DNA of 64,000 bases, taken from the NCBI GenBank assembly GCA_951406725.2, contig OX597834.1:16988001-17052000 (forward strand), in the 5' to 3' direction. This DNA is from Octopus vulgaris (taxonomy: Eukaryota). The position numbers were made by a program, and so were the translations under genes. This document shows, piece by piece, positions 43,001 through 56,226 of this stretch (the stretch's first letter is position 1; every line of letters starts with the position of its first letter). The notes below the pieces were generated by a model. That model did no database searches and was not told the DNA's origin. It saw nothing but the letters and a program-made list of their open reading frames with translations.

Positions 43001-45877
43001 TCATTTGGATATCCCAACACTCCTTCACCCATCTGTTATCATTCTTACATATATTACACATCCATACCAATGAAATTGGTGAAGGTGCATGGCTTAGTGG
43101 TTAGAGTGTTGGGCTTACAATTGCAAGATTGTGAGTTCAATTCCTGAACTTGGCTGTGTGTTGTATTCTTGAATAATATACCTCATTTCACAATGCTCCA
43201 GTTCACCCAGCTGAAGAAATGAGTTGCAATGTCACTGGTGCCAAGCTGTATTGGCCTTTGCCTTTCCCTTGGACAACATCAGTGTTGTTGAGAGGGGAGG
43301 CTGGTATGCATGGGTGAATGCTCATCTTCCACAAACAACCTTGCTTGGACTTGTACATCAGAAGGGACCTTACTAGGTGCACTCTCATGACATTCATGAC
43401 TGAACGGGGTCTTTCCCATTTACCAATGCAATTGCCTTTCTTACACACTATAAATAACTGATTCCTCTTATACCCAGTTGATCTCTCAGCTCATTCATAT
43501 CACACCACTGATGCATATAAACATTACATGTTCAAGGAAGTACGCTGTCTTCTTCTACCTCCAACCTTCACAGTCTCTATATTTACACCCTATGTCTCAT
43601 TACCATGTAGCATTGCACACCACACATGTGCAAAGCAACATACAATTTACTATTCACTCAAAGAAAGATTCTTCATGTTGAAGAAACTCAAATTTTCCAC
43701 ATGGGTTTTATATTCTGATTACTATGCTTTCTGAGCACCCTCCACCAAATGTGTGTGTGGGTGTGTGGGGTATCTTTATCTATCTATCTGTGTGTGTGTG
43801 TGTGTGTGATCATCATATATATATATATATATATAAGATACCAAAGTGTATGTATGCTGCTATATATATATAGGAGAGGCTGTGTGGTAAGTAACTTGCT
43901 TACGAACCACATGGTTCCGGGTTCAGTCCCACTGCGTGGCACTTTGGGCAAGTGTCTTCTACTATAGCCTCGGGCCGACCAAAGCCTTGTGAGTGGATTT
44001 GGTAGACGGAAACTGAAAGAAGCCTGTCGTATATATGTATATATATATATATGTATGTCTGTGTATATGTTTGTGTGTCTGTGTTTGTCCCCCCCAACAT
44101 CGCTTGACAACCGATGCTGGTGTGTTTACGTCCCCATAACTTAGTGGTTCGGCAAAAAAGACCGATAGAATAAGTACTAGGCTTACAAAGAATAAGTCCT
44201 GGGGTCGATTTGCTCGACTAAAGGCGGTGCTCCAGCATGGCCAGTCAAATGACTGAAACAAATAAAAGAATATAAAATACAAAATGGGACAAGAACATCT
44301 GGACAGTTAGGTGATACAAAAATGGGACAACAAAATAAATCAAACATCCAGATAGATGATACAAAGGCAACAAGGATGGGTCATTCGAAGTTTTCTTTCC
44401 TCAGTCAAGTACCAGATTATCTTTGCAATTTCAACTGGAAAGAAAACTTCGAATGACCTGTCTTTGTTTTCTTTGTATCATCTATCTGGACGTTTTATTG
44501 TCCCATTTTTTTATCACCTAACTGTCCAGATGTTTTGCATTTTTGTCCCATTTTGCATTATATATATACACACACACACACACATATATATACACATACA
44601 CACAGATATGGCTGTGTGGTTAAGATGTTTGCTTCCCAATCACATGGTTTTGGGTTCAGTCTCAATGCATGACACCATGGGCAGGTGCAGTCTACTATAG
44701 CCCTGGTCTGACAAAAGCCTTGCGAGTGGATCTGGCAAACAGAAACATGCATGTGTGTGTGTGTGTGTAGTTTTTTGTGCTTGTGATTGTCCCCTACTAC
44801 CACTTGACAACCAGTGTTGGTTTGTTTACGTCCCTGTAACAGAGAGGTTCTGCAAGGAGAACAGTAAAATAAGTACCAAACTTATATAAGTAATAAGTTC
44901 TGGGGCCAATTTGTTTAAGTAAGCCTCTCAAGGTAGTGCCCCAGCATGGCCACAGTCTAAAGACTGAAACAAGTGGAAGATAAATGATAAAAGAAAGATA
45001 TGCAAGAGGACAAGCAAACAAATGTCAAGACCTTTTTCTTAAAGGCTGCCAAGAATAGCCAGAAGCTATAAAGAAATTCTGTGAAATAGTGTTGTTTTTC
45101 TGTGGAAATAACAAAACAATGCCTGGATCTTATAACTTGTTCTCAAATGTGATGAGAAGCATCCTGGTTGTTAGTTTGGTTGAGTTGGTAGAGAAAAAAA
45201 AACAAACATGAAGTGGGCACATGAAAGGAAGCACTTGAAGTTTGAGGATATTTTCGAGTCATTCACACTGTGTCAAGTAGAGATGAGCTTGCAGTTAGAA
45301 TTGTCGCTGTCGCCTGGCCGGTTTGACAAGAGCTGGCTAGGCAGAAGACAGAACCTGGCTTCACTGTCTGTTTTGGCATGGTTTTTACAGCTGGATGTCC
45401 TCCAAATGTCAACCACTTTACAGAGTGGAGTGGATGTTTTTTATGAGCTGAATACTATATAAATATGCGTAGGATTGAATCAAAACAAAGGCAAAATACA
45501 GTAGTGACTGGTGTAGTTGCAGAGAGAAGCAGAGAAAAAGCAGGAAGAACAATGGATATATTCTGTTATTCTTTATTTGTTTAAGTCTTTTGACTGTGGC
45601 CATGCTGGGGTGCTGCCGTAAAGGATACAGTCACAATCAAATCTATTACAGTATTTACTTTAATTCTGGTGCTTTATTCTGTCAGTGTCTTTTTGCCAAA
45701 CAGCTAAGTTACAGGGACACAAACAAACAAACATTACTTGTCAAATAGTGACAGACAAGTATAAAAAAACAGTACACACACACACATGCATGTGTGTATA
45801 TATATATATATATATATACACGTATGCATATATATATATATATGTATGTGTATATGTATGTATACATATATATTTAT

Positions 45878-45919
<42 letters not shown>

Positions 45920-48900
45920 ATATATATGATATGATATGCATATATATATACACACACATATATATACATATATTCTTCTTTTACTTGTTTCAGTCATTTG
46001 ACTGCAGCCATGCTGGAGCACCGCCTTTAGTTGAACGGATCAACCCCCAGACTTATTTTTGTAAGCCTAGTACTTATTTTATCGGTTTCTATTGCTAACC
46101 TGTTAAGTGACAGAGGATGTAAACAAACCAGCATCGGCTGTCAAGTGATGGTGGGGGGGGGGGACAAACATAGACACACAAACACACACACATATGACAG
46201 GCTTCTTTCAGTCTCTGTCTACCAAATCTACTCACAAGGCTTTTGTCTGCCTGAGGGTGAAGCAAAGAATCGGGCCTCAAGCAAACAAAATAAAACGAGC
46301 AAAATTCTGGACTTGCAACCAAAAGACATGAGTGGAAGTTAACGCTTAGAAAAAATCCTGAAGGATATAGACAACAGAGAATGGCGGGACAGAGAAAGAT
46401 TTTTTGCGACCGAACCACTTGGAGGCCAGTGAGAAAGAGAACATGGAAGGAGAACTGGCCACGGATCATGTGTCAGCAGGAGGCAGAGGAGACAGGGAGA
46501 GAGAGAGAATGCGACAGAGAAGATAAAGAGAAAATAAAGGAAGAAAGGAAAGGGGAAAGGAGAAAGACTACAAATACAAGTGAGAGGGCAAGAGAGAGAA
46601 GAAAGGCTACAAGTGAGAGAGAGAGAAAAAAAGGGGAAGGTGGACAGGCTAGGAATAGAACAAGGTGAGAGAGAAAAGGAGAGAGAAAGAAAGAAAGAGT
46701 ATTTCTTTATTCACCATAAGGTTGAGAAAAAGAGGGGACAAAACAAACGTTGGGGTCAGGGTATCGAATGAGACAACGAAACGTATGAATAAACAAACAA
46801 TTAAATGAGAATGAGTGAATAACAAAAAATGAAGCGGAGGACGCGGTTGACCCCACAAACCACATACTCACACTGAAGACTTTGCTTTCTCCTTTTCCAC
46901 ATTCTTGATTAAACAGGTTCTTTCACTAAAGTCACACAGAATATATTCAGTGTAACTCTACTCTTTATCTTTTTGTGGCACACCTATTTAAGCACTCAGA
47001 GTGCATACCTATTAGGTTGAGTCATCCTGGCGAAAACTCCTAATATCCTCTATAAACAAATCTTCTGCATAGGCTGCTCAGCAAGAAATTGCAGAATCAC
47101 CCCAGTACTGCCTGACTGGCTCTCGTGCCGGTGGCATGTAAAAGCACCCACTACACTCTCGGAGTAGTTGGCGTAAGGAAGGGCACCCAGCTGTAGAAAC
47201 TCTGCCAGATCAGATTGGAGCCTGGTGCAGCCATCAGTCCTCAGTCAAACCGTCTAACCCATGCCAGCATGGAAAGCAGACGTTAAACGATGATGATGAT
47301 GATGATGATATATCTTTTAACTTTCACTACCAACACACACACACACATACACGTGTGTGTGTACAATGGGCTTCCCCAGTTTCCATCTACTATGCAGCAC
47401 TTGATCCAGGTGCTGCATAGTGGCACCGAATCCAAAACCAAAGTCATGTCTGCAACTTTGGATATGGAGAATGTAAAGCTATGAGGGGAGGGGGGAAAGT
47501 TTAAGAAGAGATTAACACCTTGGCATTTAAACTGGCCATATCCAGCCCAAATATTCTATCTGCTTTATGTTCAAACTGGCCAGATCCAGCCTCTCACACC
47601 TATTCTGCAATGTCGCCCTAAAAATAAACAATCACACCCATAAAACAGTCACAGAAGTCTGGTGGAGACTTCGTCCTGGCTGGCTCTTGTGGTACCGTCC
47701 CACCCATGCTAGCATACAAGATGGACGTTAAATGATGATGATGATGACGACGTATGAATGAAAAAAAAACTCAAAAGAGGGAGGTGGGGTGAATAAAAAA
47801 AATATTGCTAAATAAAATGACACAATTTAAGAAAAACTTAAAAGGGGAGATGTTGTAGGGAATTAGTAATAATGGTACACCTCTCCCACGTGATGAATGG
47901 AATAACCTAGTCACTATAAGTAAAGAGAAGTATGTACAGTACCGGAGTATGTAGTAGGTGGTCAGAGACAGTGGAGTCTTTACTGGTTTTACTAAGTATA
48001 CCGAAGTGGGCATTATAACAATTTAACATTTCCAAGGATATAACAGGCATCCAGTCATAAAAAAACATACTAAAGCTGAAACTGGAGCTCAGCATGGCCC
48101 TGTGGCTTGCTAAATCTTGTCAAACTGTCCAGCCCAAGCCAGCATGCATGGAAAGTGGACATTGAATGATGTTGATGATGATGATGATGATGATGATGTT
48201 GGTAAAAATTGATCCACTTCCTGGCATAACTTGCTATGATTGTAATATTGTTCTGGGATGGTGTATACTACAAGCAGCAGATATGACCAATAGTGGAGAC
48301 AGTCTTCTTTTAGTAACATGATACTCGATATTTCCAGGAGAAGGAAAATGGGTAATATGAGATCAATGGACATTAACAGGCCATTAGCAAAATAAATGAA
48401 ATGAAATGAAATAGCTAAGGCTGGGAATGAAAACTAGCTGATGGTTTTGGTTAATGTCTAACTAATCACTTGTGTGTATTAAAACAAATGAACACACACA
48501 TATACACATGCACGCACTTGAGCTGATGAGGGAGGCATTACGACCAGCTAGAAATGGCAATCAAATCTGCCTCGGTTCACACCATACCATCATAAAAAAA
48601 AACCCCAGAAATTTTCAGTGAATAATGTAATTCTGGAAATACCATTTCTGAATAAAAGACACAATGGATAGCTGGATACATTCATACTCAGACACTCAAA
48701 CCAAAATCTGGAGAAGTTAGCGTTTTCAAGCACAGAAACAGCTCTACAAACAAACTTTACAGATATACTGCGACTTTACTATGCAGTCTACTGCAGTTTC
48801 CATAGCTAACACTGTGAGATAATCTGATCTGGGTTAGGGTCAGGGTATAGGGCTAGGGTCTAGGGTTAAGGTTAAAGTTAGAGTTAGGGCTGGGGTTAGA

Positions 48901-49141
48901 ATGCATGCTAACATGGCACCACAAATACAATCAGAAACATTCATTGCTTTCCAATTTTAATTGAATTATCATGAAAAATATGACCATTCCTAAATACAAC
49001 AATATTTGTATAATAGTTTTATGCTTTTTTCAGAGTTCTGCTCTTCCTTTGAAATACACTGCCATCATTTCAGTTTGTTTTGAAAATAATGAAGAATTTA
49101 ATCAAATCAAGGAGATATATGCATACTCACACACACACATA

Positions 49142-49191
<50 letters not shown>

Positions 49192-49373
49192 GATCTCACC
49201 AGTGCTGGTACCATGTAAAAAGCACCCGCTACACTCTGTAAAGTGGTTGGCATTAGAAAGACATCCAGGTGTAAAAACCATGCCAACTCCAGTCAAAACG
49301 TCCAACCCATGTCAGCATGGAAGACAAATGTTCAATGACGATGACAACGATGATGAGATATATATATATATAC

Positions 49374-49406
<33 letters not shown>

Positions 49407-52400
49407 AAGATATGATGGGTATATTTCAAAGCTTCCTTTGGTTTGCCTGGGCTATAGTAGAAGACACTTGCCTAAGGAAAAATGCAGTGAGATTGAGCCC
49501 AAAACTATGTTGTTGGGGAAGCAAACTTCTTATTCCCGTGCTTCAACAGTGGATGGAAATATTTGAAGGGGACAAGTGTGATATATAGAAAAATAAGTAA
49601 AGCAATATCCATTGTTTCAAAACTGTCCAGTTCATTTTTGTGATAGACCAGGTGTATTTAGCTCTTTCACTGAGAAATAAATGTTCATGCTTATTCCAAT
49701 ATGGTATTTTCTGTAAGTCATGTTGCCCCAATAAACTTGTCCTATCTCCATAGTATAATAGCTTTAAACATGACATTCCTCAACAAAAATAGATTAGTAC
49801 ATATAAACTGCTTTCCACAGTGAATGAAATTTTGAGTGGATATCTCTGATTCCCATCATAAACGGGTTAATAAATGAGAGACTAAGCAACGAAGACTTGC
49901 AGAGATCTTGTTTCATATTCAAAGACTCAGATGACATGACGAAAATTGTTGCTAAATTGTATTACGTTGTGAAGGCAATACTTATAGTCTATGGGAAGCA
50001 ACTCAACTAAGATTAACCTTCATTAGTAAAGAAATTAACTCCTTGATTTTTTTTTGTTGCCTTATTTTCTGAATCAATTAGTTGGCACTTGATTAAGACA
50101 AAAACTGATTAGTGATGACAATTTGAGATTGCTTTAGATTTTTTTCATGAGAAGTACTGCTATCAGGGCATAAGTTTTCTCAGGTAGGCAGAGCCAGCAA
50201 TTACGAAGTTCCCTAGAGTATAGAGGCAGGGGCCTATCAGTTTATAGAAACCTAGGCTACGTCTGCTCTGATAGTCAGTGGTGACTTGGTCAGTGAATTC
50301 TCTATCAAGGTTGACAAGTGATAGCAGGAAGAGCTGCAATGGTCAACAAATGATGGTGAGAGCTGCTACAGCTCATATTATCCTAAAGAGTGTATGCATG
50401 CGAATCAGGGACCACATGTGAATTTGTACTCCTACTGAAACTCTGAACATGACTCATTGGTTGGAACTGGCTCAACCCAGCCCAGGTGAACACTGTTGCA
50501 AGTACAAGTATCAGTTTGTAGTGGAGAAGCCAGAGCACTGATCTCTAAGCTTCTAAATGAAACTGGAAAGTAGAATTCTCACTGACCTTGGACCTAAAAA
50601 AACTGTGTGTGTTGCATATGACATACTGAGCCCCATTTATTTTTTTGTTAGTACTATCTAGAAGAGGGAGTGTAGTCTGGTATACCATGGCCATGGAAAG
50701 GAAAGTATCCCCTCAGCAGTTGAGTGGCTAAATTTAAGAAGTTCCAAATAAGTTGCTGAGTGGGGATGAATGCTGGAATTGATGTTAGCTAGGCAAAAAT
50801 AGCTAAACTCAGCGTCATCATAATTTAATATCTGTTTTCCATGCTGGCATGGGTTGGATGGTTTGATAGGAGCTGGCCAGACTCCAGTTGTCTGTTGCGA
50901 CATGATTTCCATGGCTGCATGCCTTTTCTAACACCAACCACTTTACAGAGTGTGCTGGGTGCATCTTATGTGCCACTGGCTTAGGTGCATTTACGCAGCT
51001 CTGGCACAAGTGCATTTTATATGGCACTGGCACCTGTAAAGGAAAAGCCTGTATGTATGGATGTAGTGTTTTTGTGGTGCAGTACAAGAGATAGAAAATC
51101 CCTAGTATCTTTAAAACTATAGGTAGATTAAATCAAATTACTTTCCACGTCTTGGTTTTCCTCAGATGCAAGACGAATGGAGGTTTCTTCATAAAGACTA
51201 AATTCTCACTGAAGCCATTGTTTGTTAAGACTTCATTACGGTAGAGTGCTGCCTCGTCATTAATTTTCCACACCTTCTTGTGTCTGTTTCTAATTTAGTT
51301 GAGGATTATTGCATTCTGATTGATGTGTACAGTCTCTTCACTTGGCTTCTCATAAGGGTGGTACTTACCTGTCTAATGTTATTTCTAGAGAAAAATGATA
51401 AGGGTGATCATGTTTTGTGACACTACCAAGCCATCATCTCTATACAAACCTGAGATGTGGGAAAGAGTTCACTTTCTAAAGGTATCATGGATAAACATCC
51501 TATGAGGCCAACCACTTGTGCCACTTCAAACAACTTATATATACATACATACATATATATAAATATATATATATACATACACATTTCAATATGTTAAACT
51601 GTTAATCCCAACACATTTTTTACCTGTCTCTCTCCATTTTTTCCACTCATCCCTTTCTGTTGAAGAGCATAGGCTCAAAATATCAAAGACTTTTCCATTC
51701 TTCCTGAGCATCAAGCTAGTACATCAACTTGTTACCTTACCTGTCGTTGTTTTTTGTTTTCTGTACATTTAATATATATAAGATATATATGACCTTCAAA
51801 CATTGGGCCTCACCAAAGCAATGACTTGTGACCAAGACTTTTGGAAATATGCTGTACTTGAGAAGACCCGACAAGCCAAGTGAGACCATAATCTGTGGCC
51901 TATGCCAGTGGTGTAACCAGCCTACTTATATGTACCTTTCTTTCGCTGGACACTAAACTTTGCTTGCAAAGACCTGTTGAGGCAAGTGAAATCACGAGCA
52001 AAATCAAATTCACTGATGTGGCCGATGACAGCATCGCATGACTGGCACCCATGCCAGTGTAATGTTAAAAGCACTATCTGCGTGTGATCGTTGCCAGGGC
52101 TGCTGGCTCCCGTGCCGGTGGCACATAAAAAGTACCATTCAAGTGTGATCGTTACTAGCGTCACCTTATTGGCACTTGTGCCGGTGACATGTGAAAAACA
52201 ACATTCGAGCAAGGTCGTTGCCAGTGCCGCTAGACTGGCTCCTGTGCAGGTGGCACATAAAAAACACCATTTGAGTGTGGCTGTCACCAGTACTGCCTGA
52301 CTGGCCCTTGTGCCAGTGGCACGTAAAAGCACCACTACATTCTCAGAGTGGTTGGCGTTAGGAAGGGCATCCAGCTGTAGAAGTTCTGCCAGATCAGATT

Positions 52401-53008
52401 GGAGCTTGGTGCAGCCATCAGTCCTCAGTCAAACCGTCAAACCTATGCCAGCATGGAAAGCAGACGTTAAACAATGATGATGATATATCTTTTATCTTTC
52501 GCTTGTTTCAGTCATTAGTTTGTGGCCCCACTGCCTTGAAGAATTTTAGTCAAATGAATTGACTCCATAACTTTTTTTTTTCAAGTACTGGAACATATAT
52601 TGATCTCTCTTGCTGAACTGTTAAGTTACAGGGATGTAAACGTACCAACATCAGTTGTTAAGTGGTGATTGGGAGAGACACAGATACAAATATATATATG
52701 GTGGGCTTCTTTCAGTTTCTATCTGCCAAATCCACTCACAAGGCTTTACTTGGCCTGAAGCTATAGGAGAAGATACTCGCTCAAGGTATCACACAGTGGG
52801 ACTGAACCCAGAACCATGTGGTTGGGAAGCAAGCTCCCGACCACACAGCAATGTCTGAGCCTATATATAGAGGCTGGTGTTAGGATGGGCATCCAGCTGT
52901 AAAAATCCTGCCAAAACTGTCACAGAAGTCTGGTGCGGGTTTCAGCCTGGCCGGCTCTTTTGAAACCATCTAATCCATGCTACCATGGAAGGCAGACGTT
53001 AAAGGACG

Positions 53009-53054
<46 letters not shown>

Positions 53055-56000
53055 CATACATACATATATACATAGATATATATATATATATACATATATA
53101 TAAACACACAAACATATGTATGTGCATACATCAGGTTTCTGCAGTTTCCATCCACTAATTTCCCTCACAAGGCATTGTTCAGCCTAACGCCATGGTAACA
53201 TTACAAAATACAAACATCCAACTAATTTCTTACCATTGCTTTATGCACCCTTATATGTAATTATACAATATATAAAGCAAAAATATATCCCAGTATAACC
53301 TAATATGTCATTTCAAAAATAAAATAAACAAAAACCATTTAGAAAAAAAAGCAAAAAAGAGAAAGAAGAGTAAGAAAAAAAAAACATCAATGCAGTACCA
53401 AGTGCTGAGGAGAGACGGAAGCAGAGAATATGAGACAATCTGCATTCAGGTACCACTTTCAACTCTCTCCTTGATCAATCTGATCCATTTTCAAGGTGTC
53501 ACCTACTTTCTGCTAGTGCAAAATTCTTGGAGGACTGAATTGATGCCCTGCCTGTGGCCAACATTAGAGGTTTATTCAGTCTTGATGAGCTCTGCCTTAC
53601 CATCACACTCAGAGTGGGAGTTGACGTCTGCAGGGGACTGAGATGTCGCTGAGGTAGGACCCTCGACACCACAGGTCTTCACAATCTGTTTTGCTGCCTA
53701 AATGCTGGTCACTTTGCTCATCACACTGAGCTAAACTTAATCATTAAGCAGGCCTTGGCTCGAATTAATATCTCCTCAGTTCTGGAGCTGGGATTATCCA
53801 GAAGTGATGGCTTACTCTCTGTCCCTGGGTAAGAGGTAGGTGCCTCATCTGGGACGCCACAGTCTTTGACTCGTTTGCTCTCTCACACATCCTGGATGCT
53901 GTCGTAAATGGGAGGGTCTCTTCTTCCATAGCTGAACAGAAGAAAAACCTGACATATCGGGATCTGACAGTGAACTATCTCATTCAATCTGTGGCATTTG
54001 GAGGGACACTAGTGGCAAAATTCTTGTCATCATTGGCAGCTCACCTCACCAAAATGTTAGGTGATGCCCAAGAGGGTGCTTGGCTTTTCCAATGCCTTGA
54101 TCATAGCAGTGCTTTTCAAACTTTTTGCTGGAGCGGAACCCCAAGGAAACATTCCACTGGCTCGAGGAACCCCAAGGAAACATTCCACTGGCTCGGGGAA
54201 CCCCTGTGCAATAATTTAATAGTCTTAAGCACACATATCTGCACAGGAGAATTAAAAATTACTGCTGATTTTAGCAGTTTTGTAACTTCTTGTGGAACCC
54301 CTGGACTGTACTGGCGGAACCATGGTTGAAAACCACTGGATCATAGTAATGCAGTGAGCATACTTGCTTCAGTAGGTTCCATTGAACCTTGTGGTGTGTA
54401 ACCAATTGAAGCACCTGATGCTGCATCAATGCTTTTTTCTTCCATTTCTTTCACCCTTTTTTTCTTTTTCCCCCCTTTGTCTTTCTTTTGTATTATATAT
54501 GTATCATATACATACATGTTATATATGTAATAAAAAATTTAATTTAGTTAAAAATAAAGAAAAAAGTAACCAAAAACGAAATTATTAGTTTGATTTCTTT
54601 GAAGTATCTTTTGTTTAGTTGATTTAGGGATTAGAGATAAATTTGAACAAATAAGCATATTATAAGTGAAAACCGATGTTAGTTAATGCAAAAGCACAGA
54701 AGTCTGAAAGTTATCCATCAATTATTAAAGCTGATTTTGACTATGTATATATAGGATGGAGATGTTCTAAACAGTTCCTATTTACCAAATTCTGCTGATT
54801 GGGTACTTATCTGAAACAATAGTAGAGGGCACTTGGCCAAGGTACTACACAGTGATCTTGAACCAAGAACCACCCGATTCCAAAGCAACCTTGACTACTA
54901 ACCTCGTCTGCGCTAATTTATATATTGTATAATTTATGTATATATATCCTTATATTTTAAATCCTCATAAGAAGTTGGTAAGGTAAATGTGGAGAATCGC
55001 GGCGTAAATTCCTCAAAAATGGGAACGTATAAAAACACTGATAAAATGAGATAAGAATGCTTTCATTTTAAAATTATGAATATAAATGAGGAAATAGAAA
55101 CGTTTACGTAATTTATAAGTATTCAATTAAAAATTTTATTCTTAATTTTTTAAGACGTATGAGTCAGCAATACTTTCCTTTTAAAATGATATATTACAAG
55201 AAAAAGCATTTAGACGACTTAGGTTTGATTAGAAATGACATTTATAAAATCATCAGATGTAACGTTTTTTAAGTGTCATCAGATATTTTCAAAAAAGTGC
55301 ATAAGTAAATAAATAAAATGTCCACAAAATAAAATTTATAAACAATATTTTGGATTTCGTTTCAGTATTTCAATCAACTATATTTTGACATACCTGCACG
55401 AGTGTGCTCTTTCGACTTTGTTTCCTCATAACTTTCAGAAAAATGGATATTTTTAAATGAAATTTTCTACAAATACCTATCAGGTGCTGTAGATTACGAT
55501 CATGAAAAAAAAAGTTGGTGGGCGCACACATATACATATATTTACATACAAAATGAAACTTGAAATTTTGAAGTGATGTGTCAATATGTGCGTGTGAGCG
55601 CACACCAATTATTTTTTTCCTGCATTAAATTCCGATATAATCATAATCCACATAATCTGAGATATCGATTTTTCTGAAAGTTATGAGGAAATAAAGTTCG
55701 GAATGGAGTGGACCACTTGTGTAGGTTAAACTGTTTTTTGTTTTTTTTTAAATATATATTTCCATTTAAAAGCGAAAAAGGTATTCTTTCGATAAAAGCT
55801 AGAGGAAAAATGAAAGTGTTAATTCGGCAATTTCCGTAAGAAAGTTTTTTTTCTTCAGTTTATGTATTTTTTTGTGAATGTATATTTGTGTAAAGGCGAA
55901 GGTAAAGAATATGCACACCCGGTGTTCAGGATTAGGGTTAGGAATTTTGTTACGCCCAAAACGAGTGGTGTGCGTATACTTTACCTCCACCTGTGTAAAT

Positions 56001-56191
56001 ACTATGTTTATATATATTTTTTTTGTGTGTATATTTATGTATTTGTCCGTCTTTCCTTTATGGAATGTATATTTACGTATGTGCATGTATGTATATATAC
56101 AGCACTCGCTGGAGACAAGACCTATGAACTAAAATTTATATTAATAAAAAAAATTAATTAAACTGTGAAGTCATTCTTTTTCTATTTTCAA

Positions 56192-56226
<35 letters not shown>

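Noticed and set aside
43875-43945. tRNA genes at SINE heads
   Set aside because: A/B-box-like motifs continue directly into SINE bodies and lack a complete cloverleaf
46381-46771. Charged R/E/K-rich ORFs
   Set aside because: Translation of a GA-rich low-complexity tract with no splice or domain support
48521-48556. Hammerhead motif CTGATGA...GAAA
   Set aside because: No stem II or stem III pairing; the GAAA belongs to a dispersed repeat fragment
52020-52340. CRISPR-like array (palindromic repeat plus apparent spacers); also 32461-32690
   Set aside because: The spacers are homologous to each other, the array lies in a LINE 3' UTR in a eukaryotic intron, and there are no cas genes
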